This document shows, piece by piece, positions 36,516-50,078 of a stretch of DNA of 64,000 nucleotides. A model generated the notes under the pieces. The model searched no databases. It saw only the letters and a program-made list of their open reading frames with translations, and was not told where the DNA came from. A program made the translations under genes and the position numbers. Location: the NCBI RefSeq assembly GCF_009914755.1, contig NC_060932.1. One strand, 5' to 3'. Origin of the DNA: the human T2T-CHM13v2.0 reference genome, Homo sapiens. The first letter of the stretch is position 1, and each line of letters opens with the position of its first letter.

Positions 36516-39011
36516 ATGCAAAAAGCTATATGATGTACTTTCAAGCACAGGGTATACTTGTAATTACAATTTTCTGTGAAAGTGGATGCATTTGTTATGC
36601 TACATCAAGTTTTGGGTGTTCTGCCCCTTTTGTATTTTTCAAATACTTTATTCACCTATGTTTTGCAACAAAGATAATGTATAATAATTTCATTGCAAAG
36701 ACACACTTTATAGATTTTCTTCAAAAAATTTTTTTGCCCATAGCCAATTTTAGAAAGCTAGGATAAAAGCTTTCAAATTGTAACAAGCTGAGTGCAGATG
36801 TCACATTCTGCCCTTGGTGTTTTCATCATGTTGGATGCCTTGACACTGAACACTAGAAATGCCATTTAAGAAACCTATAAAGATAAATATTATAAGTAGT
36901 TACTGGAGATTTCTAGATGAAACTATCATCCATACTTTGTGGATTTAATATACTCCTTAAAATTTAGCATATATCCATAGAAAACTATTCCCAAACTGTT
37001 TTTAAGCAGCAGTTTAGGGATACCACTGTGAGAAGAATACAAATTTAATGTCATATTTTAGATTGAAAACCTACTGTAGATGATAGACACTGTAATAAAT
37101 AATCTAAACACTTCCTAGATAAGGTTTAACCCTTCTTGGAGAGGGCAAGCACACAACAAAAACAAGTAGTGCTCTTTCTCTACTCTCTTAAGTCCCCAAA
37201 ACCTAAATTACACCCAGAATTAGGTTTAAAAACCCCCAAAACAGACAGTAAAGAAAAATAATAATGGAGTCAATAGATAACAATATGCCATGTAGGAAAA
37301 AATAAACAACTGATTAAGTGGAAAATACATAGTGCAGTTTTGAATCTGCGTCCAATTGCTTACCACTTATGGTAGGACTTCCTTTGTACATAGCTATTCA
37401 AGTTGACTTTCCAACAAAGGTGCTATATTCAGAAAAATCTATTCTCACTTAATAGCAGTCAAACAAAGACTTGAGCAGATAATAGCACAAAAAGAATTCG
37501 GATTACACAAGACCTTACTGGTAATTTTTCTCTATGAACTATCAAGAATTTAACTTAAATATACTTAAAAAGGGAAGTGCAGAGAAAAGACTCACTCCTC
37601 TGAACATAAAGTCACCCTTCTTCTGTCCAAAATCACAATTATTTGTACCTCTTATTGGAATAAGTTGCACTGACAGCTTAGAAATGGAAGAGAAAAATGG
37701 TCAGAAGGAAGATGTTGCCCGTCTTTTCAGGTAGGTGGTACTTGGCATATTTTTAACAGCTTGGGAATACTACATGACTATTACAGTAAATCTGGTAAAA
37801 CTACACAGTTCAGCAACATATGTATTTTAACCTTTAAGCTAAATGGACCTATCTAATTTGCGTATTGGACGTGCAAGACAGCTTTCTAATTCTTAATCTG
37901 GGCTACTAAACCTAGAATGCTATCAGATTTTAAAGCTCATTATCACTCTTACAAAAACAGGTATTTCTTGGAAAATGTATAAAAATACTTGGATAAGATA
38001 CATGTGACTAGAGAGTCAGCAAGTTACACAGAACTACAAACACAGCTGAGTGAAATCCCAAAGAGAAATCTTCTGTAGAAAAAAACAAAAAATCTGTCCC
38101 CTGACTCTTCAATTTGCACTGTTTGTAGAAGTAGCATTTCCCAGTTTCCCAACTCAAAAAGACAAACTGTTTTAAGAGCTGGAGTTACAGCAGCTGAAAG
38201 CCACAGTATGTTTTTCATGGCCTCTTTAACTCTTGAAACAGGTTTATGTTTCATCTCCTGAGTTGGTTTTCATAAAGGTTTTTGCTTGCTAGGTGGTTCC
38301 ACCAAAATTCTCACAGATCTGGACTTCTTTAAGCCCAATAACAAGTCAGTGGGTCATGAGGAGCTTTAAATCTACTATTACAAAATATAGAGCAGCATCT
38401 TGTAATGGAAAGCAGATAGTGTATATGAAAAGCAAAAATAAATGTTTAGTAACTTTGTCATTTCACTTAAAGAGTAATTTAGCTCTGATCGTTGAATACT
38501 AATTAGTACAGAAGAACAACTTTAAAAGTCGATTGTAACCAAAAAATTATCTGAGTACTTTAACAAGTCAACTAGATTTGATGTTGGTTTCGTTTTTTTT
38601 TTTTTTGGATGCAGGAGAAAAGGCTGAAGTATGCAATTTAATTTCTAAGACACTGGAATTTTTTCATCAAAGAAAAAAATGCATGCAAGCTAAGACCTCC
38701 TATGCCAAGTTTCAGCCTGAAATCATTATGGCCCTGAAAAAAATGGAGTTTTATAATGGAAATATTGCCAGCTTCTCAATTATAGTGAAACTGGCAGATG
38801 TTACTAAAATAAAAATGATTTCATCTTGTAATCAGGCCTGGTTTAAGAATATTAATCAGGTGTTTTGTTTAGTGGTTTTTTTTGTTTTGTTTTGTTTTTG
38901 CTGTTGTTGTTGTTAGCAGTAAAGTCCTTTCTTGTCATTCCTCACATCACTACATTAACAACTGCACACAGCTGCCAGAACACGAAACTCATGTTTTTAA
39001 ACAATTCTTAC

Positions 39012-39080
39012 CAGCTTTCTTCCAGATCTCCTCTGGCACGTATCCAGACGCAGGCCTGTGAAGGAATTCCCGATGCGCGT
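39012..39080 (-). CDS. RUNX1T1: RUNX1T1 coding exon (69 bp; exon 9)
   Basis: cttttcatAG|ACGCGCAT...AAAGCTG|GTAAG; translates to (D)AHREFLHRPASGYVPEEIWKKA. Confidence 0.96.
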
Positions 39081-40892
39081 CTATGAAAAGGATGGGAAGG
39101 GGGTGGAGAGAGGAGGAGAGTACTGTAAGCACACTTGTGTCATCGCACAGAGTGAAAGTAAGCAATGCCCATTCTCCTGGCTTCTCTACAAAAACGCAAT
39201 TTTAAAAGGCTAAACATTTCACTTCTTGAAAACACATAAAAATAGCAAGGCCTGTCATCAGAGCCCAAGGAAAACAGAGGGTCATTGGTCTAAATGCCAT
39301 GCATGCTCAAAGCCAAAGCAACTTGATTTCATTATACAATATGATGTTTGGGAACACTGTTCTCAGCACTTTCTGACTATGGAGACTTCTATAGATATAT
39401 TTTGTTAAGGAATATAAATTGTATTTGGTAGTTTTCCTTTCATGAGTCAAACTGGTGGTTAAACAATCAAATGTTCAGGTAATGTAATTTCCACAGAGCT
39501 CTGATTCTGCCACCTTTCAATGAATAGCAAGCTCCACTCTATGGCTAACCAGTTCTCATACTTAATTCTTAAAAATCTCAGTGACCATTAAAATTTTTCA
39601 CACAAATTAGATCATATGGATTTGACATACGTGAAAGCCAGAAAGACTCATCAGAATGGATTCACAGACATTCTGTTGAGCAGAGAGAATTAGCCCATGC
39701 TTTCCAGAAAAGGAAATGAAGTTCCACTTTAAATTAAATGCTGTGCTTACTAGGCGTCTCAAATTTTAAAAGTTTAAGAAAACAACTAATAACTTTGATA
39801 TAGGAATGCTAACTTCTAAAATATGTTCATGGAATTAACACAAAACATTTTATAGTTCTTACATATGCTCAAAAGTAAACAAAGTGTATACCGTCTTCCA
39901 TAGCTAAAATATGCATTTCATGTCTTCCATATTGGATTTTCAATAAAAGCCTCCTTATATAGAAGAGTTCGGTAAGAAAAAAATCATTTTAACTTTTATA
40001 AAACTTAATTAATAAGCCCATGATAAATTCTGAGGAAAACTGAAATTTTCTCTATGTGTACAGTAAATGTTGAGTAGCATATATTTTTAAATGCTTTATC
40101 TAATGGTTATGTTGAAGATGAAGACATTTAGTCCAGTCTCCTATATTTTATGGTGCTACACAATGTCAAAAATAAAGAAAAGCACGATGAGTTTAGCTAA
40201 GTATATGTTGTTACATTTGAATGCTTTAAATACATTTGAATGCTTTGAATTCTTGCAGGGCACACAGATTATCAACTGGCAAGAACATTAGATTTTCTCA
40301 ACTATTCTGAATTAGCAAAAATTTACTACAGCTTGGTGAGGAATATATGGAAACTATATCATCTTTGCAATTTTTTAATCTAAAATTATTCCAAATATTT
40401 AAAAGTTTATTTTCAAAAGTTTACACTGTGATGTCATGACTACTTAATAATAGGATGGACTGGAAATATCTATGCATTCTCCTGTGTATATTCATTTCTA
40501 TAAAGTAAATGACAAAAATAAAAACGTTTTTACTGAAGTAACTTTCATTCTTAAGGCGAGATAAAACTGCTGCATAAACAACCTAAAAGGAAATGTGATA
40601 CAGCTAATTAGATTTATCAAGATTATCTTCCTTACCACTATAACTATTTCCAGAAGAAATAAAGTGCAATCAAGTTCATATTTAGCCATGTGACACAGTA
40701 CAACACAGAGATTTACTTATGACATTAAAAGACAACTTTTAAGGAGAAAAGACTTGGATTTAAGCATAATTTATTGGATAAGAATAAGAACAGATCTGTA
40801 AAGTTTGAAGAAAGAAAAAAACGTGACTTCAAAGTAGCAATTTTTTTTTCATTTATTGTGTTAAGAAGAGACCTGTAGTTAATAAAAACTTA

Positions 40893-41186
40893 TTTTTTTC
40901 TTTTTTCTTTTTTTGAGACGGAGTCATGCTCATTGCCCAGGCTGGAGTGCAGTGGCACGATCACAGCTCACTGCAACCTGTGCCTCCCAGGTCAAGAGAA
41001 TCTCCTGCCTCAGCCTCCCGAGTAGCTCGGATTACAGGTGCATGCCACCAAGCCCAGCTAACCTGTATATTTTTAGTAGAGATGGGGTTTCACCATGTTG
41101 GCCAGGCTGGTCTCAAACTTCTGACGTCAGGTCACCTGACCTCCCAAAGTGCTGGAATTACAGGTGTGAGCCACCATGCCCAGCCT
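40893..41186 (-). mobile_element. Alu (S-like)
   Basis: Reverse-complement Alu. Confidence 0.9.
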
Positions 41187-42883
41187 ATAAACATTTTTTT
41201 TTTATTAAATAGTCAATCATTATGATAAAGAACAGGAAAGGTAATGTTTAGGTATCCAAAGTCCATGCATGAAAGATGCTAATTACCAGCCCCAGGCAAC
41301 ATAGGCTGAAGAAAGTTAGTTCTAGCACCCAGTGAAGCTAGCTATTGACCATGGAACACTGGGTATGTTAGTTTGTCCATGTCTCAGATGCCTCATCTAT
41401 AATAAAGTGAGGACAATACTACTATTATTTGAGAGCACTGCTGTGAAGATTGAAGGAAGTACCTCCTATTACATACACATCCTAAACTCCCATTATCTGG
41501 TACTTGCTATTATCCTCATTATTATCATTATTATTACTTACTATGTGGTCTAGTAAGAATGGCTATATAATTATTTCCTTTTAAAGTTTATCTTTTCTCT
41601 CAATGTTAAAAATCCAAATACCACAAATTTTGAAGAGAACAAAGCCATTGAAGAAGTTTGGATTAAGCAATATACACCAAGTAATTTTTTAAACTCCCAG
41701 AATCTATGTCACTTGGAAATAGAAAATATTTCTATAGTTCACAATTCACTGCCTTTGTCCTTGGAAGCAAAATCTTCAAATTTCTTAGATGACACTTTCA
41801 AAAATTTTACTTGAGCCTCACCCATGAATGTTTATAACACCCAAATTGACTCAAATATTAACGTGCCAGGCTCAATTGACCTTCCACCTTCTATGGGCTG
41901 CACAGGTGTCTTGGGGGTACATATACCACACTGGAAAGTTGTGCAATGTTTCACTTTGGCTATACCTTCCTAAATTTCTCACTGACATACTGCCATGTCC
42001 ACATAGGCCCAAACTTTAACTGACATAGAAACCCAATAGAAATGCTAAAGCCAATTATGCAAAAGTTTTCTTAATGCTAACCTACCTTCTAAAAGACAGT
42101 TTTTCAAAATAGCAGAATCTAAAGGGAAATAATTATATAAACGTGTTTTACAATATCCTCTCCAGTTCTAAGTTAGTGTACTTGATAAACATCAGGTCTA
42201 CCAACAGAAAGAACAGAGTGATTGGTAGTAGGTATACTCCTCAGAAATCTATTTGATACCTTGATAAACACTACTTTAATAGATTCAGAAACCAAATGAC
42301 TAATACATTTAATATCTCCTCTTCTGATTAAGCAGCAGCAATATCAAAATCTATATAGGGAAAACTGAGTTTGAAAAACAAAACAAGGGACAATTCTCTC
42401 CTAGGACTTTACTATTTTAGAATACTGGCTAATCTAAACACATCTACCTAAAACATCCTAAGATTCTAAGGCTTAGATTCAAAAGAAGCTAATTCTTACC
42501 CGTTAACTCTTAAGTACCTATAAAATATCAATTGCTAGAAAAAGGAATCATCATTCTAAAATGTAGTGGTAGATGCAAAGACAGAAGAACGTCTATGATA
42601 TGGTCTAAAATGTTAAACGTATATATATATGCAACTACTGAAAGATGAAAACATTATAGAAAAGTCCTTCTAAATTAAGTCTAGCTTGCTTTGGGATGCA
42701 AATTGCTTGGGGCGGGGGGTGGTGGTGAGAGTGGATGAGGATGAAGGGAGCCTCTTGAAAATAATTCACATCTATGAAGAGAGGAGACCAGGTCAGAGTG
42801 ACAGAAAATGGTGTAAGAAATGTGAAAGAACAGAAAGAGCAATCTATGATGTATGAAAGAGATGGAAGATGCACTACACTTAC

Positions 42884-43038
42884 GACAGGATGGAGACCAT
42901 TGGATACTAGATACTGCAAGGGCCGCCATCAATATACATGAAGGGATGAGCTGATAGCCTTTGGAGAAGCAATGTGACCTCATATGACCCAGGACAGCAA
43001 TGCTCAAAGCTGGGCAGCACCTAGGTATGGCCTTCATC
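42884..43038 (-). CDS. RUNX1T1: RUNX1T1 alternative exon 9a (155 bp); adds Gly then TGA (43034-43036), giving the NHR3/MYND-less ETO9a isoform
   Basis: ctcattctgcccactacAG|GATGAAGG...CCTGTC|GTAAGT; exon 8 G + GA TGA. Size, position between exons 8 and 9 and the immediate stop match my recollection of exon 9a. Confidence 0.88.
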
Positions 43039-43776
43039 CTGTAGTGGGCAGAATGAGGCTGTGATCATGATAATATCTATTACAAAAACCATCAAAAGAA
43101 AGAAAGAGTTAAGTAATTTTATCTTTACAAATGCCACTTGTTTTTAAGGATAATACATTCAGAAATCTTCACACTAGGTTTCAGAAGCCCAAATCCAACC
43201 TAGAAGCTAGCAACTGCTTTAGGATTTCCATCTTTTACAACAAACATACTTAATGCTCCAGGAAGTAACCATCTCCTCTTAATTTTAAAAGATGGACATA
43301 TTTAACTAATAGTCCCATATTTTTAAACCCAATATAGTTAAGTACAGTAGGCATTTGCATTATGAAGTCAGCTGAATGACTGTGAGATTAATTTCATGAT
43401 GTGATTTAAAGAAATCAATACAAGGGTACAAAACTCCAAACATTTACATGCAAATATACACAGAATAACTTGTTTGTGGTTTTCATATTTTGAGAGTATA
43501 GAAGTTGAAATATTTCATTGGCTGGGAGAAATCTATTTTTCCATAGCCTTGTATTATGAATTAGGGTCCCAAAGGTACAACAGATTTACTACATTTAAGA
43601 CAGGAATCTTTTCTAATCTCTGTGCCTATTAAAGAAGCCACCTGCTTAGAAGTACTTTGTAGATGAAAAAATACTTATGAATCCACTGTAACTTCACAAT
43701 CTTGAATGCCAAGGAAAAACTTTACTAGTTTCATTTACCACTATTCTTTAAAGTTCTTTTTGATTTTATGTTTTAA

Positions 43777-44118
<342 letters not shown>

Positions 44119-44427
44119 TAAGACATAACACTTCTACTATGTGTCAGGCACTGTCTCATATGTTTTTACCTATTAACTCATTATACAGAAATGCTTATGA
44201 AATATATATTACCATCCCCATTTTACACGAGGAAACTGAAGCACAAAGAGATTATGACCTGCCAAAGGCCACAAAACTAATATGAAGAGGAATGAGTAAT
44301 TCGAATCTAGAAATTCTACTGACTGAGTTTGTGCTTTCAGTCTTCATGCTAGATTTCCCGGGGATTTAGAGAGCAATGAGAAATTCCATAATTCAATCAT
44401 ATGACAATCATAAAACTTGCCAGCTAG

Positions 44428-44820
<393 letters not shown>

Positions 44821-45069
44821 TCTAAGTTTCTTATAAATGCTAAGCTTGATTTTTCATTACACTTAAACAAACAAAACTTTTTGATATTTCTTTCTCTGGC
44901 AAATACTAAACTCTTAACAAAACAGAGTGAAGGTATTTTTCTAAATTTACTACCATGTCATCACAATGTTCATACATGTTTTAAAAGCACAGGGAAAGTG
45001 CATTTATATTTCAGAGTTTATGTCCAGCCCCTGACATTAGCCCTAAACCTATCATTAGAAAAAAATTTT

Positions 45070-45362
45070 GGCCAGGTACAGTGGATCACGCCTGTAATCC
45101 TAGCACTTTGGGAGGCCGAGGTAGGCAGATCCCTTGAGCTCAGGAGTTCAAAACCAGACTGGGCAATACGGCAAAACCCCACTCCTACAAAAAATACAAA
45201 AAAATTAGCTGGGTGTGGTGGTGGTCTACCTGTAGTCCCAATTACTTAGGGGGCTGAGGTGGGAGCCCAGAAGGTCAAGGCTGCAGTGAGCCGAGATTAT
45301 GCCACCACACTCCACCCTGAGCAACAAAGTGAGACCCTGTCTCAAAAAAAAAAAAAAAAAAA
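45070..45362 (+). mobile_element. Alu (J-like)
   Basis: Forward Alu with A tail. Confidence 0.88.
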
Positions 45363-45968
45363 ATTAACCCTAACGATGTGGAAGACTTCTAGAAAACAAA
45401 AAGAGCGCACACAGATACAAGACAAACTACAGAAAGATTCTAGAATAGTCAAAAGCCAGTAAAAAGGAAAGTAGTTTAAAAGAAATAAAATGTCAGGAGC
45501 CAAGAAAGTGATGTGACAACATTCTGAGAGAAAAAGGAACCAAAGACAAAGAAAGGAAAAAGAGCTACTAAGGAGATTCTGACAAGCACTTCGGAAAACA
45601 TACAAAGTGCTAACCAGCAACTGCCTTTCTATACATATAAAAGTAATTCTACTTCAATGGTCAAATCTGTCAATTCTGATCACATTATCTTGCTCTTCTG
45701 TGGAGCATACCATGTAATAAAACTTAAATGTATAAATAAGTCATACTTTGAAAATAGAGACAGCAGTGTTAAAATTTGCTTTCTAATTTTGTTAAGAGTT
45801 GGATACTTGGAGTTTTCCCTGGAAAGTAAATGAGTAACAACAGTAAAAACGATAAATATCTATTATTTCAAGAAAATCTATTTTATGAAAAGTCCTTCAA
45901 GATGTCAACTTGCATTTTATTTAAAGAATAGAAATACCATTATGAATTCAGTGTATACTCAGTGTTAA

Positions 45969-46338
<370 letters not shown>

Positions 46339-49229
46339 AGGAAAACTCTTAAAATTCAATTAGTAATAGATTAATCGAGTTATTTTACTAACCCCCTATA
46401 CTCACTCAATACTACAGATATATTTCAAAAGTGAGAATGGGATTGAGTTTAACAGGTACAACACATCAATCATGAAAGTTACATTCTCCCCTGTGCAGTC
46501 CCCAAATATAATTTTAAAATGCTAAGAATGTGTGTATGACTAAACGTTCCCAGTGTTTCCAAGTTAGGGATATAAGTAGGGCAATATTTTGAACCAAAGA
46601 TATCTTCTATAATATATTCTGAAGATCTCATTTGAGACCAGACAGTAGTTTAAGAAGCAAAATAATTAGGCTAAAAGAAATACATACAACTGTGGGATAC
46701 GGAGATCTAAATGTATATAAAGATATAGACATATCCATATCTTTATCTGCGCACATGCACTCCATTAAACACTTCCCAGTCACAGAAAATAGATTTATCA
46801 GCCAATAATCTCCAATCCTTTCATTACACACATCAATCCATTCAACTCCAAAGCCTGGAAGAGGGACTTAGAAAGCACTTAATGTAAATGATTGTGGCCC
46901 ATAATTACAAACCACCTGTCCTCTTATTTACAGCCATAGCTCAGTCCCAGAAAATAGTACACAAGGCTGCAAGAATCAGCTAGTAAGGATGCACAGTGAA
47001 AAAAAACTGTAAAAGCACTACTGGATGCTAAAACTTGCACACTGCAGAGTTCTACACAGATTTTCTCTAAAGTTATGATAGTGTCTTAATGGCAACTTAG
47101 GATTCTGTGACAATAAAGAACATAATGTCTTAATGTTGTCTATAAACAAAGAAATTAAATGCTTGTACCCTTTGACTAATACAACCTACAAAAGCTTAAG
47201 GCCAAACAAATATCTCAGGTTTAACAAAAATATAAATCCATTGAACATCACTAAAAAATAGTATAGTTTGTATACTTTTAAAAAGGAGTTTTTTTAAACC
47301 AAGTTTATTCTTTTGGTTATGTAGCAGGGACAATGAACCTCTCTTCCTGGAGAACATGATATATACCTATATCACCAGAATCTGTGTGTAGTAGTAGTGA
47401 CTATACACAAAATGGCCCTTGTTCTATGTGCTGATAACTCGCTTAGGTATGAAGTCTGATCAATTTCGGAGATGTTTCTTTTATAGTGGATGGCAGATAA
47501 TAGCAATCTGGTCAGTTTGGCCGACTGAATTGAGGTAGCTATCCTATGGCTTGAACACTAGCTATTCCCTTGCCTTCTTCCACTAGACCCAAAGGCCCTC
47601 AAAGAAAGAAATGAAGACTTTTTCCTTCATTAGAATGCCTAGCACATTGCCTGGCACATAGTAAGTGCTCAATAAATAAGTACTGACTCAATGAATGTGT
47701 TCAATAGAATAAGCCAAACTAGATGTTTTAACTCCCTAAGTTTTATTTACTTTAAAGCTCTCAATTTTTGCCTAGACTGGACGGTTATAAATATCCCCTC
47801 TGTCCTAAGCAAATCTCTGATGATTAATCAATTTTTGTTCATAATAAGGAAATAAACACAAGATTTTTTTTTCCACTCTGCTCTAAATAGTTTGGCTTCG
47901 ACCAATATTGGCTCAAACCAAACGTAATTCTGTTTTCGTTGCTTGCCTTAATGTGACCTGACAAATACAATTTTGTTTTTAAAATATGCTTCAGAATAAT
48001 GCTTGTTAGGTAAATTAACTGCCTTAGACTCTTTCATTATTTAATACTTATGATAATAGGCATTCGGCATTCAGAGATCAGCAGAAATCTACAAACCTAA
48101 GTGCATAGGAAACTACACTGGCTGGGAACAAATTGAAAACAGTAATGTGATCAACAGATAATATACTTCAAGTTTTAAACTTTGGATAATCAGCCATGGT
48201 ACTAATGAGGCCAAAATTATGAACTTAATCTGCACGTTTTGCAGCATGGACAGTAACTTGAGTTAGCAGATGGGTATGGGGCCAACGCATAAGATAATAT
48301 GAGAGAACAAGAATCCACAGAAATCCACCTTCGTAAGTTTACTCAAAAAGTATTCACACGTAATGGGTGGCAATGTCAATGACAAAACCGTATTATTAAT
48401 TTAGGTAAAAGTTCACAGGCCACACAAAAATTCTTTCAGGTTGAAGATTTCTTTCAACATATATGGGATTATATTCTATCTGTAACCCCAACAATTCCCA
48501 AATATCAATAAGAAATAGTTACATACTAACATTCCATTTCTAAGGCACAACTATATTATGAGTCCTATTATAAAACTAGATAAAACTAGAATTAATATAA
48601 TCATGATTAAGTAATCTAAGTTAAGATCAAATCACAGGAAGGGTGCTACATCTTTATCATTAATTTTAAAATAGCTGTAGGCAAAATATATAGCTTCTAG
48701 GTCTCTCTTCCTGGAGGCGGGGGGTTGAGAAAAAAGTTTAAAATATAAATATATATATATATGATTCAACTAACAAGATTGTCTTACAGGCTGTTTTCTG
48801 AATTAATAATTTGAAACATACATCCCCATGTGCAGTGATAACATTGGTATGCAGTGGCAGAATTCACTAGAGACCTTGACGGAAGTGCCTAAGCCCCAGG
48901 CCCACTCCCTGAGATTGTTTTTGCTGTTTTGAGGCATTACGAAGGAGCACAAGTTTTAGTTATGCACATGAAAATCTGGTTCAGTGCTGAAACGCTGCCA
49001 TCAGCTCAATACACTCACCTGGAAAAGGAATTTAAGTTTTGTGGCTATCTCTGTCTATGCCAATCTGCCCAAATTCCTAACAGATAGACAAGACATATTG
49101 GAGGATATGTAAATTGTTTATTGTCTTAAAATTCCTTGCATATCCTTTAATTTTAAAAATAAAAATGAAGTCAGCATTAACAGCATAAGAAATATGTGTT
49201 TTCGAGATACTCATCTGAAGAAAAGTTAC

Positions 49230-49431
49230 CTAGTGCAACTGGGTCTGGGTTGACGGGACTCTGCTGCCTAGAGTGGCTGCTGCTACTGCCGCCACCTTTT
49301 TTTAAGTCCTCGGCGTCACTGTACCGCCGGATCCAGTAATTCAATTCTTCCCGGTCTGCTTCTTGACACCGCCTTAGTACGGTGAGAGATCGCCTTGTTT
49401 TTTCTACCATGTCCATTATGCAGTTTAACAG
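49230..49431 (-). CDS. RUNX1T1: RUNX1T1 coding exon (202 bp; exon 8), NHR2 C-terminal half
   Basis: cccaaatAG|CTGTTAAAC...GCACTAG|GTAAC; translates to [67 protein letters not shown]. Confidence 0.97.
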
Positions 49432-49992
49432 CTATTTGGGAAAGGGGAGAATAGGGAAGAGCATATAAATCATCACAATTAAAGATTTTGCTGAGTAGTG
49501 AAACAAACCATTTCAGGACAATGAAGGAAGCAATTTTATCCCTGAAGGTTTCAGTCTAGTATTTTCTATGACTAGATTTGAAATTCAGAGCCAATAGATG
49601 GAAAATTCAATGGGAATGAGAAGATAAGTGTTATGAACACGAGTCAGAAGGGAAATTTCACCTGAAGGCATTATAGCCAGTAAATCCACCTCTCCAAATA
49701 CTAATCCCATTACTTTATAAATTAAATGACCTTTTCACAATAGAACAGTAGCCCACCGATCTGGCTTTGAGAATTCCTTTCCAAGATCTAAACATTTCTC
49801 TCAAGTGACTTTCATATCAATTTAGAAATCAAATCCTATATTCTACTTCAGATATTCTCGCTCATTTTTTTTTCAAGGATAGCAGGAAAAACAATGCCTT
49901 CAAAGGATCACCAAGCTTTTATTTTATCACATAACCTCACTCCAGTTGTTTTCCAAACATTTTTTAATCCCAAATGATTACTGATGTCTTAC

Positions 49993-50078
49993 ATGGTCAA
50001 GATGTTTCCACTCTTCTGCCCATTCTCTGTCTGTTAGTCTGTGATCAATCATTTCTTCTTGACGTGTGCCATGCAACC
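49993..50078 (-). CDS. RUNX1T1: RUNX1T1 coding exon (86 bp; exon 7), start of NHR2 oligomerisation domain
   Basis: tttttgtAG|GGTTGCAT...GACCAT|GTAAG; translates to (G)[28 protein letters not shown]; phase 1 in, phase 0 out; not in the ORF track, read by hand. Confidence 0.97.

Noticed and set aside
42681-43037. 118-aa ATG ORF starting at the second base of exon 9a
   Set aside because: Out of frame with RUNX1T1 and runs through the exon donor; no recognisable protein
49177-49229. ORF extension past the exon 8 donor (and similarly past exons 6 and 10)
   Set aside because: Read-through into introns beyond canonical GT donors; no support for retention
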